DNA from: a virus
Lineage: Duplodnaviria > Caudoviricetes
Direction: 5' to 3' (one strand)
IMG/VR virus record: IMGVR_UViG_2852501635_000002
Location: 1 to 64,000 of that record
DNA: 64,000 nt
The notes beneath the pieces are model-generated. The model was not told where the DNA came from. It was given only the letters and a program-made list of their open reading frames with translations, and searched no databases. The position numbers were made by a program, and so were the translations under genes. Positions 9,624 through 18,643 of the stretch are shown here, piece after piece (the stretch's first letter is position 1; the number at the start of each line of letters is the position of its first letter).

Positions 9624-10214
9624 TTATCTCGCCGTAACCCCGAACTCACTGCTCGGCTGTTTTTTCAGTTTTAATGTTTTGCGTGTATCTGGTGCTGATT
9701 TTTCTGGGAAATTTAACCAAGCAAACTCACCGTGTAATTGTTTTGCTGCTTCGTCGTATGCTTTGGCGGCTTCAATTTTGTTAGCATATAAACCTAAGTG
9801 AGTAACTTTACTGTTACAGCAAATTTGCGCTTGCCATTTTCTTACGGACTTCATCCAACTAACGCCTTTATAGCCGCTTTTGTTGTTGGCTCTGATTCCT
9901 TGGTTGTGCTGGTTTTGGTTGTGAGTGCAAATTCGCAAATTTTCAATTCTGTTATTTAACTTGTCGCCGTCGATATGATCGATGTGCATATTAGGGCAAT
10001 TACCGTGAACTACCGCCCATATTGCCCTATGCTCTATTGCTTGACCTACCATTGACACATTTACTCGCCTGTATCCCCTGTGGTCTATAAAGCAGGATAA
10101 TGGCTCGCCTGTTTTCTCTTTTACTAGGCATCCTTTTTCACTGTCATAACAAATGCCTTTAAAATTTGATTTAACGTATTTGTCGCTGAATCTCATTTGA
10201 AATACACCTCTCAT
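9624..10214 (-). CDS. HNH-AP2 domain endonuclease
   Basis: HIDHIDGDKLNNRIENLR (HNH) and SGYKGVSW...WQAQI...EAAKAYD...HGEFA (AP2). Confidence 0.9.
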   Translation of the reverse strand: MRGVFQMRFSDKYVKSNFKGICYDSEKGCLVKEKTGEPLSCFIDHRGYRRVNVSMVGQAIEHRAIWAVVHGNCPNMHIDHIDGDKLNNRIENLRICTHNQNQHNQGIRANNKSGYKGVSWMKSVRKWQAQICCNSKVTHLGLYANKIEAAKAYDEAAKQLHGEFAWLNFPEKSAPDTRKTLKLKKQPSSEFGVTAR

Positions 10215-10242
10215 ATTTATAAGGAATATTTCTTATGAAATT

Positions 10243-10315
10243 GCATCTCATTGCCGTTCTTACCTGAACCCGCCGAGTGCCCGACGCATGGTTTAAAGTC
10301 GCGCCGTTCGACTAT
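10243..10315 (-). ncRNA. putL: HK022 putL-like cis-acting antiterminator RNA
   Basis: Minus strand ATAGTCGAACGGCGCGACTTTAAACCATGCGTCGGGCACTCGGCGGGTTCAGGTAAGAACGGCAATGAGATGC closely matches HK022 putL as I recall it; ~25 nt downstream of the predicted pL start. Confidence 0.8.
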
Positions 10316-10346
10316 CTTTTATCTCTGGTTGCCCTTCGATGATTAA

Positions 10347-10387
10347 AATATACCTACAGGTAATTTAAAAGTAAATACCCAAAGGTA
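10347..10387 (-). promoter_or_regulatory. pL promoter with OL operators
   Basis: TTTACT-17-TATATT; TACC-N4-GGTA palindromes at 10351-10362 and 10376-10387, same motif as OR. Confidence 0.75.
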
Positions 10388-10492
10388 AACAATTTAACGC
10401 AAAAAGTTTACCTGATTGTTTTTTCAGATAATTTATTTTCAAAAAAATCTCAGATTGGAATGTAGGTCACTTATTTCGAGGGGAGAGGGCAC

Positions 10493-10516
10493 AAAAAAGC
10501 CCTCGCGTGGAGGGCT
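10493..10516 (-). terminator. Intrinsic terminator of the NYN gene
   Basis: AGCCCTC/GAGGGCT stem plus U-tract on the minus strand. Confidence 0.75.
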
Positions 10517-10522
10517 GGGAGA

Positions 10523-11347
10523 TTATCTTCTTTTAGGTTTTGTTCTATGCTTGCTTGTTTTTTTTCTAACTTCTGATCTGGCTACTTTATCTTCCCACCA
10601 ATCTGGCATGGGCTCTGGGGTTACTTGTAGTATGTCTGCAATTGCAGAAATTAAACTATAAGATTGAATCCCATCTATATGTTCAGATAGAGTTGGTGAT
10701 ACATCTTGCCTTAATGGGTCTAAGATGAAGTCTATTCCTTTTGTTCTTGCGTGTTTAGCTGCCGGGACAAAATCTGAGTCACCAGCCACCAAAACCATTA
10801 CATCTACTAATTTTTCATATGCAAGCATGGTTATATCCATGCCTAGCTTAATGTCTACAGCTTTTTGTTTTATGTCGTAATGAAAATCATCATTGGTCAG
10901 TTGTTCCCATTTTTTCCGGCCAGCAAGAAGATCTTTGAGCGTGTGTTCATTTATTTGCCAACGCTTACTATCAACTAGTGTTCCCATTCTAAGGGCTGTT
11001 TTTCTGCTTTTCCTTAACTCTTCATGGAGTTCTGTTCTTAGAATATAAGATGGCTCTAGTTTAAAATTTTTCCTTGGTGGCGACGTGTGCCCTTTTTCGG
11101 CTGGCAACGGGTACCTTGTTTGTATATCAAGAGGTGGGCAATCGTAGAAATAAATTCGGTATAATTCCAGTGGAGATCTATGCTCATGAGAGCCATGTCT
11201 TTTGTTCAAGTGATACTGAACAAGCCCCCATATTAATTTCATTAGATGAGATGCATTTAAATCATGACCTTTAAAATGCTTACGCCTTACAGCGTTAACT
11301 CGTGAGATAAAGAATCCTGCATCAATAAGAATAGCTGTCTTTTTCAT
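10523..11347 (-). CDS. NYN/LabA (PIN-like) domain protein at the rex-equivalent position
   Basis: AILIDAGF, IYFYD, QKAVDIKLGMD and LVAGDSDFVPA motifs. Confidence 0.9.
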   Translation of the reverse strand: MKKTAILIDAGFFISRVNAVRRKHFKGHDLNASHLMKLIWGLVQYHLNKRHGSHEHRSPLELYRIYFYDCPPLDIQTRYPLPAEKGHTSPPRKNFKLEPSYILRTELHEELRKSRKTALRMGTLVDSKRWQINEHTLKDLLAGRKKWEQLTNDDFHYDIKQKAVDIKLGMDITMLAYEKLVDVMVLVAGDSDFVPAAKHARTKGIDFILDPLRQDVSPTLSEHIDGIQSYSLISAIADILQVTPEPMPDWWEDKVARSEVRKKTSKHRTKPKRR

Positions 11348-11362
11348 AATCAAATAAAAAAC

Positions 11363-11454
11363 GCCCAGAGCCGTTATGTAGATATTAACTATTGTCTACG
11401 AACGGGGCTGGGCTTGACGTCCTTAGACTATTCCAGTTGCCAACCCAATGTCAA
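11363..11454 (-). promoter_or_regulatory. NYN gene promoter and 51-nt leader hairpin
   Basis: TTGACA-18-TAGTCT (11454-11425); long imperfect stem 11363-11413. Confidence 0.65.
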
Positions 11455-11497
11455 CAACTTTTTTAATTATTTTATATCAGACTTAGATGCCACACCC

Positions 11498-11669
11498 TAA
11501 AACGTGTCGTCAGGCATTATAGCCACGCTATACTCACAGCGATATAAAGTACAAATACCCAGAATGCACCTTTTACCAATAGGTAAATTAGATTCCAGAT
11601 TGCGGTATCTAAATTCACTAAAGCCTGAAAAAAATCATTTATATGTTTCATTAAAACGTGTCGTCAGGC
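11498..11669. repeat. 18-bp direct repeat TAAAACGTGTCGTCAGGC at 11498-11515 and 11652-11669
   Basis: Exact repeat; minus strand encodes PDDTF*. Confidence 0.85.
11517..11651 (-). CDS. 44-aa hydrophobic peptide
   Basis: MKHINDFFQALVNLDTAIWNLIYLLVKGAFWVFVLYIAVSIAWL* fills the space between the repeats. Confidence 0.55.
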   Translation of the reverse strand: MKHINDFFQALVNLDTAIWNLIYLLVKGAFWVFVLYIAVSIAWL

Positions 11670-11676
11670 CATTGGG

Positions 11677-12375
11677 TTAGCCGTGGAACTTATAGGTAAT
11701 AGACTGGCTAACTAGCACCTTAGCGCATATATAAAGCCCATTAATAGCATCTTCGTCTAGATACCAAGTTTCATATCTAGGGTTGTCAGATATAACTGCT
11801 AGGCGCTTGTACTGTTTCTGCAATCGCTTTATGTAGAGCTGGTTATCCAATACGAACACATAAATCCCGTCACCATCAAAAAAGTTTGTGGTTATATCTA
11901 CGAATATCTGATCCCTAGGTTCGAACGTTTCAGCCATCGAATCACCTTTTACAGTGATCATCTTTATCGTATTTGAAGGTCTGCCACCGAATAATCTTTT
12001 GGCTTCATCCGCTGAATACTCAATAGCCGTGATAGTCTCTATAAAATCATCGATAACCATCACGCCAGCACCTGCGCTCGCTTCTACGTCTAGTATTTCA
12101 ACCTTGAACTTATCATTATGTTGTGGTGGGGTAAATTCTGATTCTGTTATACCATCCATCCATCCAGAAGGGAGTCCCAATGCTTTCTGAATAGCTAAAA
12201 CCATCTTATCCCCGATTCTCTTGTAACCAGCCTTTGTCGGTGGATACAGCATCCTAGATACATATGACTTATCCTTGCCTATAACACGAGAAAACTCTTC
12301 TTGCGTCTCATATCGGGAAACAAGTTCGGCTAGTTTTTGACGTCTTTTTTCATACAAATCATTTTCATCTTTCAT
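11677..12375 (-). CDS. cI: CI-like repressor (HTH plus S24 peptidase)
   Basis: ASAG cleavage site, VKGDSM and YIKRL motifs. Confidence 0.92.
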   Translation of the reverse strand: MKDENDLYEKRRQKLAELVSRYETQEEFSRVIGKDKSYVSRMLYPPTKAGYKRIGDKMVLAIQKALGLPSGWMDGITESEFTPPQHNDKFKVEILDVEASAGAGVMVIDDFIETITAIEYSADEAKRLFGGRPSNTIKMITVKGDSMAETFEPRDQIFVDITTNFFDGDGIYVFVLDNQLYIKRLQKQYKRLAVISDNPRYETWYLDEDAINGLYICAKVLVSQSITYKFHG

Positions 12376-12396
12376 AACTAAATCATCTATCAAAAA

Positions 12397-12452
12397 TACC
12401 TTCTGGTAAATTGCCTATAGGTATTGATATTTAATTTACCTGCGGGTATATT
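12397..12452 (+). promoter_or_regulatory. OR operators and pR
   Basis: TACC-N4-GGTA at 12397 and 12437, variant at 12412; TTGATA-17-TATATT at 12424-12452. Confidence 0.75.
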
Positions 12453-12483
12453 TATTCTATGTTTAGGTAAACAAGGACAACAA

Positions 12484-12711
12484 ATGGAACAATTACGGAT
12501 ATTCCTAAATTCCCTTTCTGTTTCTGAGCAAGAGATGTTTGCTAAAAAATGCGGAACTTCAATTGGTTACCTCAGAAAAGCTTTAGCAAAGGGCTCAAAA
12601 CTAGGAGTTGCCTTATGTGTGGCAATTGAAGTTAACAGTAACTCAAAAGTAACCAGAAAAGACCTCTACCCAGATGATTGGGAAAAGAACTGGCCTGAAC
12701 TGGCAGCTTAA
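12484..12711 (+). CDS. cro: Cro/YdaS-like regulator
   Basis: FAKKCGTSIGYL...VTRKDLYPDDW; divergent from cI. Confidence 0.85.
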   Translation: MEQLRIFLNSLSVSEQEMFAKKCGTSIGYLRKALAKGSKLGVALCVAIEVNSNSKVTRKDLYPDDWEKNWPELAA

Positions 12712-12913
12712 TAAAGATTAAAAACAAAGCAGTAACTGAACGGCACAGTATATTGTCGGCCCCGAGGATCTGCCAAAACGGATGGCTAAAAGTCGGATGA
12801 GGGAGAAAGAGACACTATCCCGACAATTATCAACAATCCGCTCATATGGAATGAGCCACGGATCATTACTGCTGTTCCCAATATGGGAAGTAATCTAAGA
12901 AGGAATTTAACAA

Positions 12914-13246
12914 ATGGAATTATCAAACGAACGCAAATTTCGAGAAATCGAATCAAAAATCATGAAAGGGATACTTGTTACTGGCGCTAGAGAAGTAGCG
13001 AAAAGAACGGGTATTCACGAATCACAAATATCTCGCTGGCAATCTCAACAATCTAAAACGCAATTAAGCTTCATACAACGTTGTGCAAGGCTTTTAGTTG
13101 CTATTGGGTATGAGACACCAGATGACACAGTGATATTGCAAGGTGATGAGGCTAGGGCGTTAATTCAGATGCTTGAACATGTCAAAGCACCAAAAAGAAA
13201 AGCCCCAGCGGTAACTGAGGCTTCTCAACAAATGGACTTAATTTAA
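12914..13246 (+). CDS. cII: CII activator
   Basis: IESKI...GIHESQISRW; position after cro. Confidence 0.85.
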   Translation: MELSNERKFREIESKIMKGILVTGAREVAKRTGIHESQISRWQSQQSKTQLSFIQRCARLLVAIGYETPDDTVILQGDEARALIQMLEHVKAPKRKAPAVTEASQQMDLI

Positions 13247-13267
13247 CAACAACCCAATGAGGTAATT

Positions 13268-13951
13268 ATGAATCAAATAACTACTTTAGTAAACAGTGGT
13301 GAATTAACCATGAGTAGTCGTGAAATTGCAGACCTTACAGGCAAGAGACACGACAATGTGATGGCTGATATCCGTAAGATGTTGGTTGAAATTCAATCTC
13401 CTGAAAAGTTAGGAGATTACATAGACACTAAAAACAGAACACAGCAAATGCTTCTGCTCAACAAAGAAGAATGTTTGTGTCTGATTTCTGGTTACAGCAT
13501 CAAGTTAAGAATGGCAATCATTAAACGCTGGCAAGAACTTGAATCTCAAAAATCCCTCATACCTCAAACGCTGCCAGAAGCTTTACGACTCGCTGCTGAC
13601 TTGGCAGAGCAAAAACAAATCGCAGAACAGAAATTAGCAATTGCAGCGCCTAAAGCTGAATTTGTTGATCGCTATGTTCAAGCTACTGGATTGCTGGGTT
13701 TTAGAGAGACAAGCAAATTACTAAAAGTAAAAGAGAACTTCTTTAGAGAATTTCTACTTTCAAAACGAATTATGTACAAGTTGGCTGGAAAATTAACACC
13801 TTATTCAGAACACCTTGACGCAGGGCGTTTTGATGTAAAAACAGGTGAGAATCAAATCAACGGTCACGCATACACACAAGTTAAATTTACGCCTAAAGGA
13901 ATTCAGTGGATCGCTGGGTTACTGGCTAGAGAGCAATTGGAGGCAGCATGA
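13268..13951 (+). CDS. Rha-domain plus ANT/KilAC antirepressor-like protein
   Basis: MSSREIA...HDNV; PQTLPEALRLAAD; FTPKG. Confidence 0.85.
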   Translation: MNQITTLVNSGELTMSSREIADLTGKRHDNVMADIRKMLVEIQSPEKLGDYIDTKNRTQQMLLLNKEECLCLISGYSIKLRMAIIKRWQELESQKSLIPQTLPEALRLAADLAEQKQIAEQKLAIAAPKAEFVDRYVQATGLLGFRETSKLLKVKENFFREFLLSKRIMYKLAGKLTPYSEHLDAGRFDVKTGENQINGHAYTQVKFTPKGIQWIAGLLAREQLEAA

Positions 13952-14886
13952 CAGATACAGCGGAGGTATTCCAGTTCCCTGCAATCAAGCAGGAGGAAAA
14001 GAGAGTGGCGAGCCTTGATGAAGGTTATTTTCGTCTAGCTACAAGCATAGGAAATTTAAAGCCTAAATTAAAAATGTCTGGACATGAGCACCAAGTGTTT
14101 GATGCTGTAATTATGTGTACGTTCGGATGGAATAAATCAGAAGATAAGGTAACGAACACGTACCTAGCAGAAATGACAGAGCTTGATGATTCAGATATCA
14201 ATAAGGCGCTAAATAAGCTAGCTAATAGACGAATAATAAATTTAAGAAAATCAGGAGGTTTTAAAATTGTTAGCGTCAATAAAAACCTCAATGATTGGGT
14301 TCTAAATAGACAAAAAACATCAACTACTAAAACACCCAAAAAGTCGGGTAAAACCACCCATAATGTTGGGTGTTTTAACCTTTCAAGTTTGGAGATATCA
14401 CCCAACACCAAAGACAGTCTTACCAAAGATAATAATATTAATAATTCTTCGTCCGAGAATTCTAACGAATCCTCTGACAGACCATCTGAAAAAGTTTTAT
14501 CCGTTAAGCCTGATGCGGTTGTTAGTTCACCCAAAGGTAACAAATGGGGTAATGCTGATGACTTGAAAGCTGCTCAATGGATTTACTCGCAAGTCCTGAT
14601 TGTAAGTCCTACGGCTAAAGAGCCTAACTGGTCGTCATGGGCTAACGATATTCGCCTGATGAGGCAACTAGACGGGCATACCCACCAAGATATTTGCAGA
14701 ATATTTAAGTGGGCTAATCGTGACTCGTTCTGGTGTAGCAACGTGTTATCTCCCGCAAAGTTACGTGAGAAATGGGACACATTGACCATACAGAGCCAAC
14801 AACCCAATCGAGGTAAGCGACAGGTTGATCCTGAACCAGCACAGAGCTGGAATACTCGTGAAGCATGGGAGAATGATTTTATATGA
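13948..14886 (+). CDS. O: Lambda O-like replication initiator (origin repeats at about 14325-14410)
   Basis: VASLDEGY, FGWNK, WANDIRLMR and NVLSPAKLR motifs. Confidence 0.9.
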   Translation: MTDTAEVFQFPAIKQEEKRVASLDEGYFRLATSIGNLKPKLKMSGHEHQVFDAVIMCTFGWNKSEDKVTNTYLAEMTELDDSDINKALNKLANRRIINLRKSGGFKIVSVNKNLNDWVLNRQKTSTTKTPKKSGKTTHNVGCFNLSSLEISPNTKDSLTKDNNINNSSSENSNESSDRPSEKVLSVKPDAVVSSPKGNKWGNADDLKAAQWIYSQVLIVSPTAKEPNWSSWANDIRLMRQLDGHTHQDICRIFKWANRDSFWCSNVLSPAKLREKWDTLTIQSQQPNRGKRQVDPEPAQSWNTREAWENDFI

Positions 14887-15569
14887 AGACTAATCTGGCT
14901 ACTGCAATCGCTAATCGTGATGCAGGCACATTGGCTAGAATGGCTCAGGGTAGCACCCCGCAAAAAGTTGTAAATAATCATGCTGAGCAACTAGTCGATG
15001 TATTATTCCGAAATCTGAAACAAATATTCCCAGCCTCAGTAAACACCATTTTCAAAAACGAGTCAGAGGAGCTTACTGCAAAGCGACAATGGATCGCCGC
15101 CTTTGCAGAAAATGGAATTACTACCAGAGAGCAACTTCAAAACGGTATGCGACATGCAAGAGCAAGTGATAACCCTTTCTGGCCTGCTGTTGGTCAATTT
15201 ATCAAGTGGTGCAAGGAAGAAGATTATGTGGCTCTTGGCTTGCCTGACGAGGAACAACTTTACGAACTCTATCGAGAATACTGCAAAATGCGTGGCTGGC
15301 GTGAAATGAAATGGCCCTCAAATGCTTGCTACTGGATGGTTACCAAAATTTATTCTGAGATGCGAAGTAAAAGCCTAACGGATAGTGAGGTTAAAAAGCT
15401 TTGCGCCAAAGAGTTAAGAACCATGACTGTAAGAATCAAATCAGGTGAAACTATTCCAGCGCCAGTTAAACAAATACCTCAGTTACACATTCCAACCAGC
15501 AAAGAAAGATCATTAGAACACCTTGCTTCAATTAGAAAGAAATTAAATATTAACCCTAAATCTATTTAA
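14883..15569 (+). CDS. P: Lambda P-like helicase loader
   Basis: [15 protein letters not shown]; [13 protein letters not shown]. Confidence 0.9.
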   Translation: MKTNLATAIANRDAGTLARMAQGSTPQKVVNNHAEQLVDVLFRNLKQIFPASVNTIFKNESEELTAKRQWIAAFAENGITTREQLQNGMRHARASDNPFWPAVGQFIKWCKEEDYVALGLPDEEQLYELYREYCKMRGWREMKWPSNACYWMVTKIYSEMRSKSLTDSEVKKLCAKELRTMTVRIKSGETIPAPVKQIPQLHIPTSKERSLEHLASIRKKLNINPKSI

Positions 15570-15579
15570 GGAAATAAAC

Positions 15580-16491
15580 ATGAACTTTTTCAAAAATGCG
15601 ATTGTATATCGTATAACTCGTGACATTCAAATTTCAGCAGAACAACTTGAAGAGGCATTAAAAACTTTAGAATTTACACCATGTAGTAGCCAAGATATGA
15701 GTCGCGCTGGCTGGGTGTCACCACTTGGTAATCACGGTCAGATGTTAACTCATGTTGCTGGCAATCAGATTTTACTCTGCCTCAGAAAAGAAGAAAAAAT
15801 ATTGCCATCGACAGTTATCAAGGAAGCTCTACAAGAAAAAATAGAAAAACTCGAAAATGAGCAAGGTCGCAAGCTGAAAAAGACAGAAAAAGCGACATTA
15901 AAAGATGAGGTTATTCACTCTCTCTTACCTCGCGCATTCAGTAAATATTCTCAAACTCAGATCTGGATTGACTTGGATAAGCAACGAATTATCGTTGATG
16001 CCAGTAGTTATAAACGCGCAGAAGATTCACTTGCGCTACTCCGTAAGACACTAGGCTCACTGCCAGTCATTCCACTTCACACCGAGCAACTAATCGAGCT
16101 AACACTTACCGAATGGGTCCGTAACAATGACACCCCATCAGGATTTATGCTTCATGACGAAGCTGAGTTAAAAGCGGTGTTAGAGGAAGGCGGTATTGCT
16201 AAGTTTAAAAAGCAAGATTTAGCTTCAGACGAAATTGCTACCCATATTGAAGCCGGTAAACATGTTACTCAGTTATCAATGGAGTGGCAAGAGCGCATCA
16301 GCTTCACGATAACCGATAGTCTTATGCTTAAGAAAATCAGCTTATCTGATGTTTTGAAAGAGCATAACGACGACATTCATCATGAAGATTACGCTCAACG
16401 ATTTGATGCTGATTTCATTCTGTTTACTGGTGAATTTTCCGTGCTGATCGATGAATTAGTATCTGCGCTAGGTGGCGAATCTAAGGCTTAA
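15580..16491 (+). CDS. rdgC: Recombination-associated protein RdgC
   Basis: [20 protein letters not shown] and RFDADF motifs. Confidence 0.95.
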   Translation: MNFFKNAIVYRITRDIQISAEQLEEALKTLEFTPCSSQDMSRAGWVSPLGNHGQMLTHVAGNQILLCLRKEEKILPSTVIKEALQEKIEKLENEQGRKLKKTEKATLKDEVIHSLLPRAFSKYSQTQIWIDLDKQRIIVDASSYKRAEDSLALLRKTLGSLPVIPLHTEQLIELTLTEWVRNNDTPSGFMLHDEAELKAVLEEGGIAKFKKQDLASDEIATHIEAGKHVTQLSMEWQERISFTITDSLMLKKISLSDVLKEHNDDIHHEDYAQRFDADFILFTGEFSVLIDELVSALGGESKA

Positions 16492-16510
16492 CACGCAAGA
16501 GGATTTTTAG

Positions 16511-16846
16511 ATGAACATTAAACAATTACAGCAACAAATCCATCAACAAAATAAATCTGCTGGATGGTGGGATAACCCACGCGAAAAAGGAACGTTACTC
16601 TGCCTTATTCATTCTGAAATTAGCGAGGCGATGGAGGGTGAGCGCAAAGACTTAATGGACGATCACTTGCCACATCGAAAAATGGCAGAGGTTGAACTTG
16701 CTGATGCTGTTATTCGTATTTTGGATTATGCCGAAGCTTTTGATTATGACATTGAAAGCGCAATAACTGAAAAGCTCGAATACAACAAACATAGAGCAGA
16801 TCATCAGCGTGAAAATCGCATCAAGAAGGGCGGAAAACAATTCTAA
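16511..16846 (+). CDS. MazG-like nucleotide pyrophosphohydrolase
   Basis: LIHSEISEAMEG; EVELADAVIRILD. Confidence 0.8.
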   Translation: MNIKQLQQQIHQQNKSAGWWDNPREKGTLLCLIHSEISEAMEGERKDLMDDHLPHRKMAEVELADAVIRILDYAEAFDYDIESAITEKLEYNKHRADHQRENRIKKGGKQF

Positions 16847-16859
16847 CAGGAGGCATCTA

Positions 16860-17153
16860 ATGCAGGGAACTAATTCAACCGAAAGAAAAATTAACATACC
16901 AGCCGAACTTAGTGAAAATACAGCAAATCTTGTTGTTAAATTTGCTGAAGCCATGGCAGAAAAATTACATAAGTCTGAGAAAAAATACGGGTATTCAGAC
17001 GAATGGATGGCTAATAGCTGGGGGTTGGATTGTAAGAATCAATTCATGCGACACATACAGAAAGGCGATCCTGTTGATGTGGCTAATTATTGCGCGTTTA
17101 TGTTTTATCACGGCTGGTCAACTATGCTCCCACCAATGCCAGAGGGTGAATGA
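16860..17153 (+). CDS. Hypothetical phage protein
   Basis: KGDPVDVANYCAFM motif. Confidence 0.75.
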   Translation: MQGTNSTERKINIPAELSENTANLVVKFAEAMAEKLHKSEKKYGYSDEWMANSWGLDCKNQFMRHIQKGDPVDVANYCAFMFYHGWSTMLPPMPEGE

Positions 17154-17269
17154 TGAACGAACGCAAATTAAGACTAGAAGCTATAGCAATTTGGCAAAAG
17201 CTAATTTTGCAAGCTAAGCGAAAATACCAATGGTGGGAGTTGTAGCAGCATGGAACAGGAGAGCTAACA

Positions 17270-17488
17270 GTGAGTGACCTAATAACATTGATGTACAAAA
17301 TCAGCATGAACCTATTTTGTGGGTTAGGCTTTGCAATGGCATTTATCATGCTGAAAGTATTTGATGGGGATAATAACTGGTTCGTTATCACGATGAAGGT
17401 TATATCAGCAGCAGCGATAATCCTCTGGTTAATATCTATGGCGTACATTTGTTTTTTCTTATTCAACAACGTGTTTCTGGAAAAATGA
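17270..17488 (+). CDS. Small two-TM membrane protein
   Basis: GGAG RBS; two hydrophobic segments. Confidence 0.55.
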   Translation: MSDLITLMYKISMNLFCGLGFAMAFIMLKVFDGDNNWFVITMKVISAAAIILWLISMAYICFFLFNNVFLEK

Positions 17489-17501
17489 ATAGGAGGCTAA
17501 C

Positions 17502-17945
17502 TTGGAAGCAGATTTTCTCTTCCACGAATCAACCAAAAATACCGCATGGCAACATCTCAAAGAAGTTCTAGCAACAAACCAACCACACCGAATCACTATC
17601 AAGCCTTGGAAAAACAAGCGTTCACTATCTCAGAATTCCACTTTTCATTTGTGGTGCTCAGAGATAAGTAAATACCTATGTAAGAACAAAGCCAATTACA
17701 CACCAGAAACCGTTAAGGAGATGCTTAAGCATACATTCCTAGGTTACGAGGTGGTCGATATGGTTGACGTTACTACACAGCTTACAGAGCGCGTAAGGAC
17801 ACTTCGGAAAACATCAAAACTTGATACTGGTGAAATGTTCCACTTCATGGGGCAGGTTGAGCGCTGGGCGGTAGGTATAGGTTGTTTCGTGACGATACCA
17901 AACAATTCGGAATACATGAAACTCAAGGAGCAGCAAGAGAGATGA
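17502..17945 (+). CDS. NinB/YbcN family protein
   Basis: KRSLSQN..FHLW; TSKLDTGEM. Confidence 0.85.
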   Translation: MEADFLFHESTKNTAWQHLKEVLATNQPHRITIKPWKNKRSLSQNSTFHLWCSEISKYLCKNKANYTPETVKEMLKHTFLGYEVVDMVDVTTQLTERVRTLRKTSKLDTGEMFHFMGQVERWAVGIGCFVTIPNNSEYMKLKEQQER

Positions 17946-18301
17946 AACTTAAAAATATTTTAGATGCCATGCGGTGTGGAGCTAACTGGTTATTTGGAAT
18001 GTATCAGCGTCCATACCTTAAAGAGTGGGATGATTATCTAAATTACCTGATCGACGAATGTAGTATTGCTGATGAGCGTTATCGCGTAATCATATTTAAT
18101 GATGGCGGTGAAAAAGTAGAGGTTTGGAAAGAAAATAAATACTACGGATATGGCAATCAACACAATGTTTCTGGTGGTGAGGCGTATGAGTTCAGGCCGT
18201 CATTCAGAACGATAATTAAATTATCAAACCTAGTTGATAGTCGTGAGAAGAATCGAGTGAGTTCTTTCGCCCGTGAGCTAAAGCAGAAGGTGAGAAAATG
18301 A
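17942..18301 (+). CDS. Hypothetical protein
   Basis: Coupled ORF. Confidence 0.65.
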   Translation: MKLKNILDAMRCGANWLFGMYQRPYLKEWDDYLNYLIDECSIADERYRVIIFNDGGEKVEVWKENKYYGYGNQHNVSGGEAYEFRPSFRTIIKLSNLVDSREKNRVSSFARELKQKVRK

Positions 18302-18522
18302 CAGACAACGTAAATAACCCGCCACACTACGCATCAGGTGATATTGAATGCATAGATGCCATTAAAGCCAGCATGACTAAGGAGGCGTTTCTAGGCTATC
18401 TCAAGGGCAATATTCAAAAGTATGTCTGGCGATACGAAAAGAAAATTAATCCAGTCGAAGATTTGAAAAAGGCTCGTTGGTATATGAGTCGACTCGTTGA
18501 AGAAGTGGAGACTGAAAAATGA
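18298..18522 (+). CDS. DUF3310 family protein
   Basis: VNNPPHY...IECID...GNIQKY.WR...EDLKKA.WY. Confidence 0.9.
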   Translation: MTDNVNNPPHYASGDIECIDAIKASMTKEAFLGYLKGNIQKYVWRYEKKINPVEDLKKARWYMSRLVEEVETEK

Positions 18523-18641
18523 CGCCAGAAGAAAAGTTAAAGCAATATGACGAGAAGTTAGAAGAGGCTCAGAAATTGGTTCGATTTATCGAAGAAAGTC
18601 GCCGTGAGCACATTAACCGCTACAACTTAAACAGGAAGTGA
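18519..18641 (+). CDS. 40-aa hypothetical protein
   Basis: Manual translation MTPEEKLKQY...; overlaps both neighbours. Confidence 0.55.
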   Translation: MTPEEKLKQYDEKLEEAQKLVRFIEESRREHINRYNLNRK

Positions 18642-18643
18642 TC

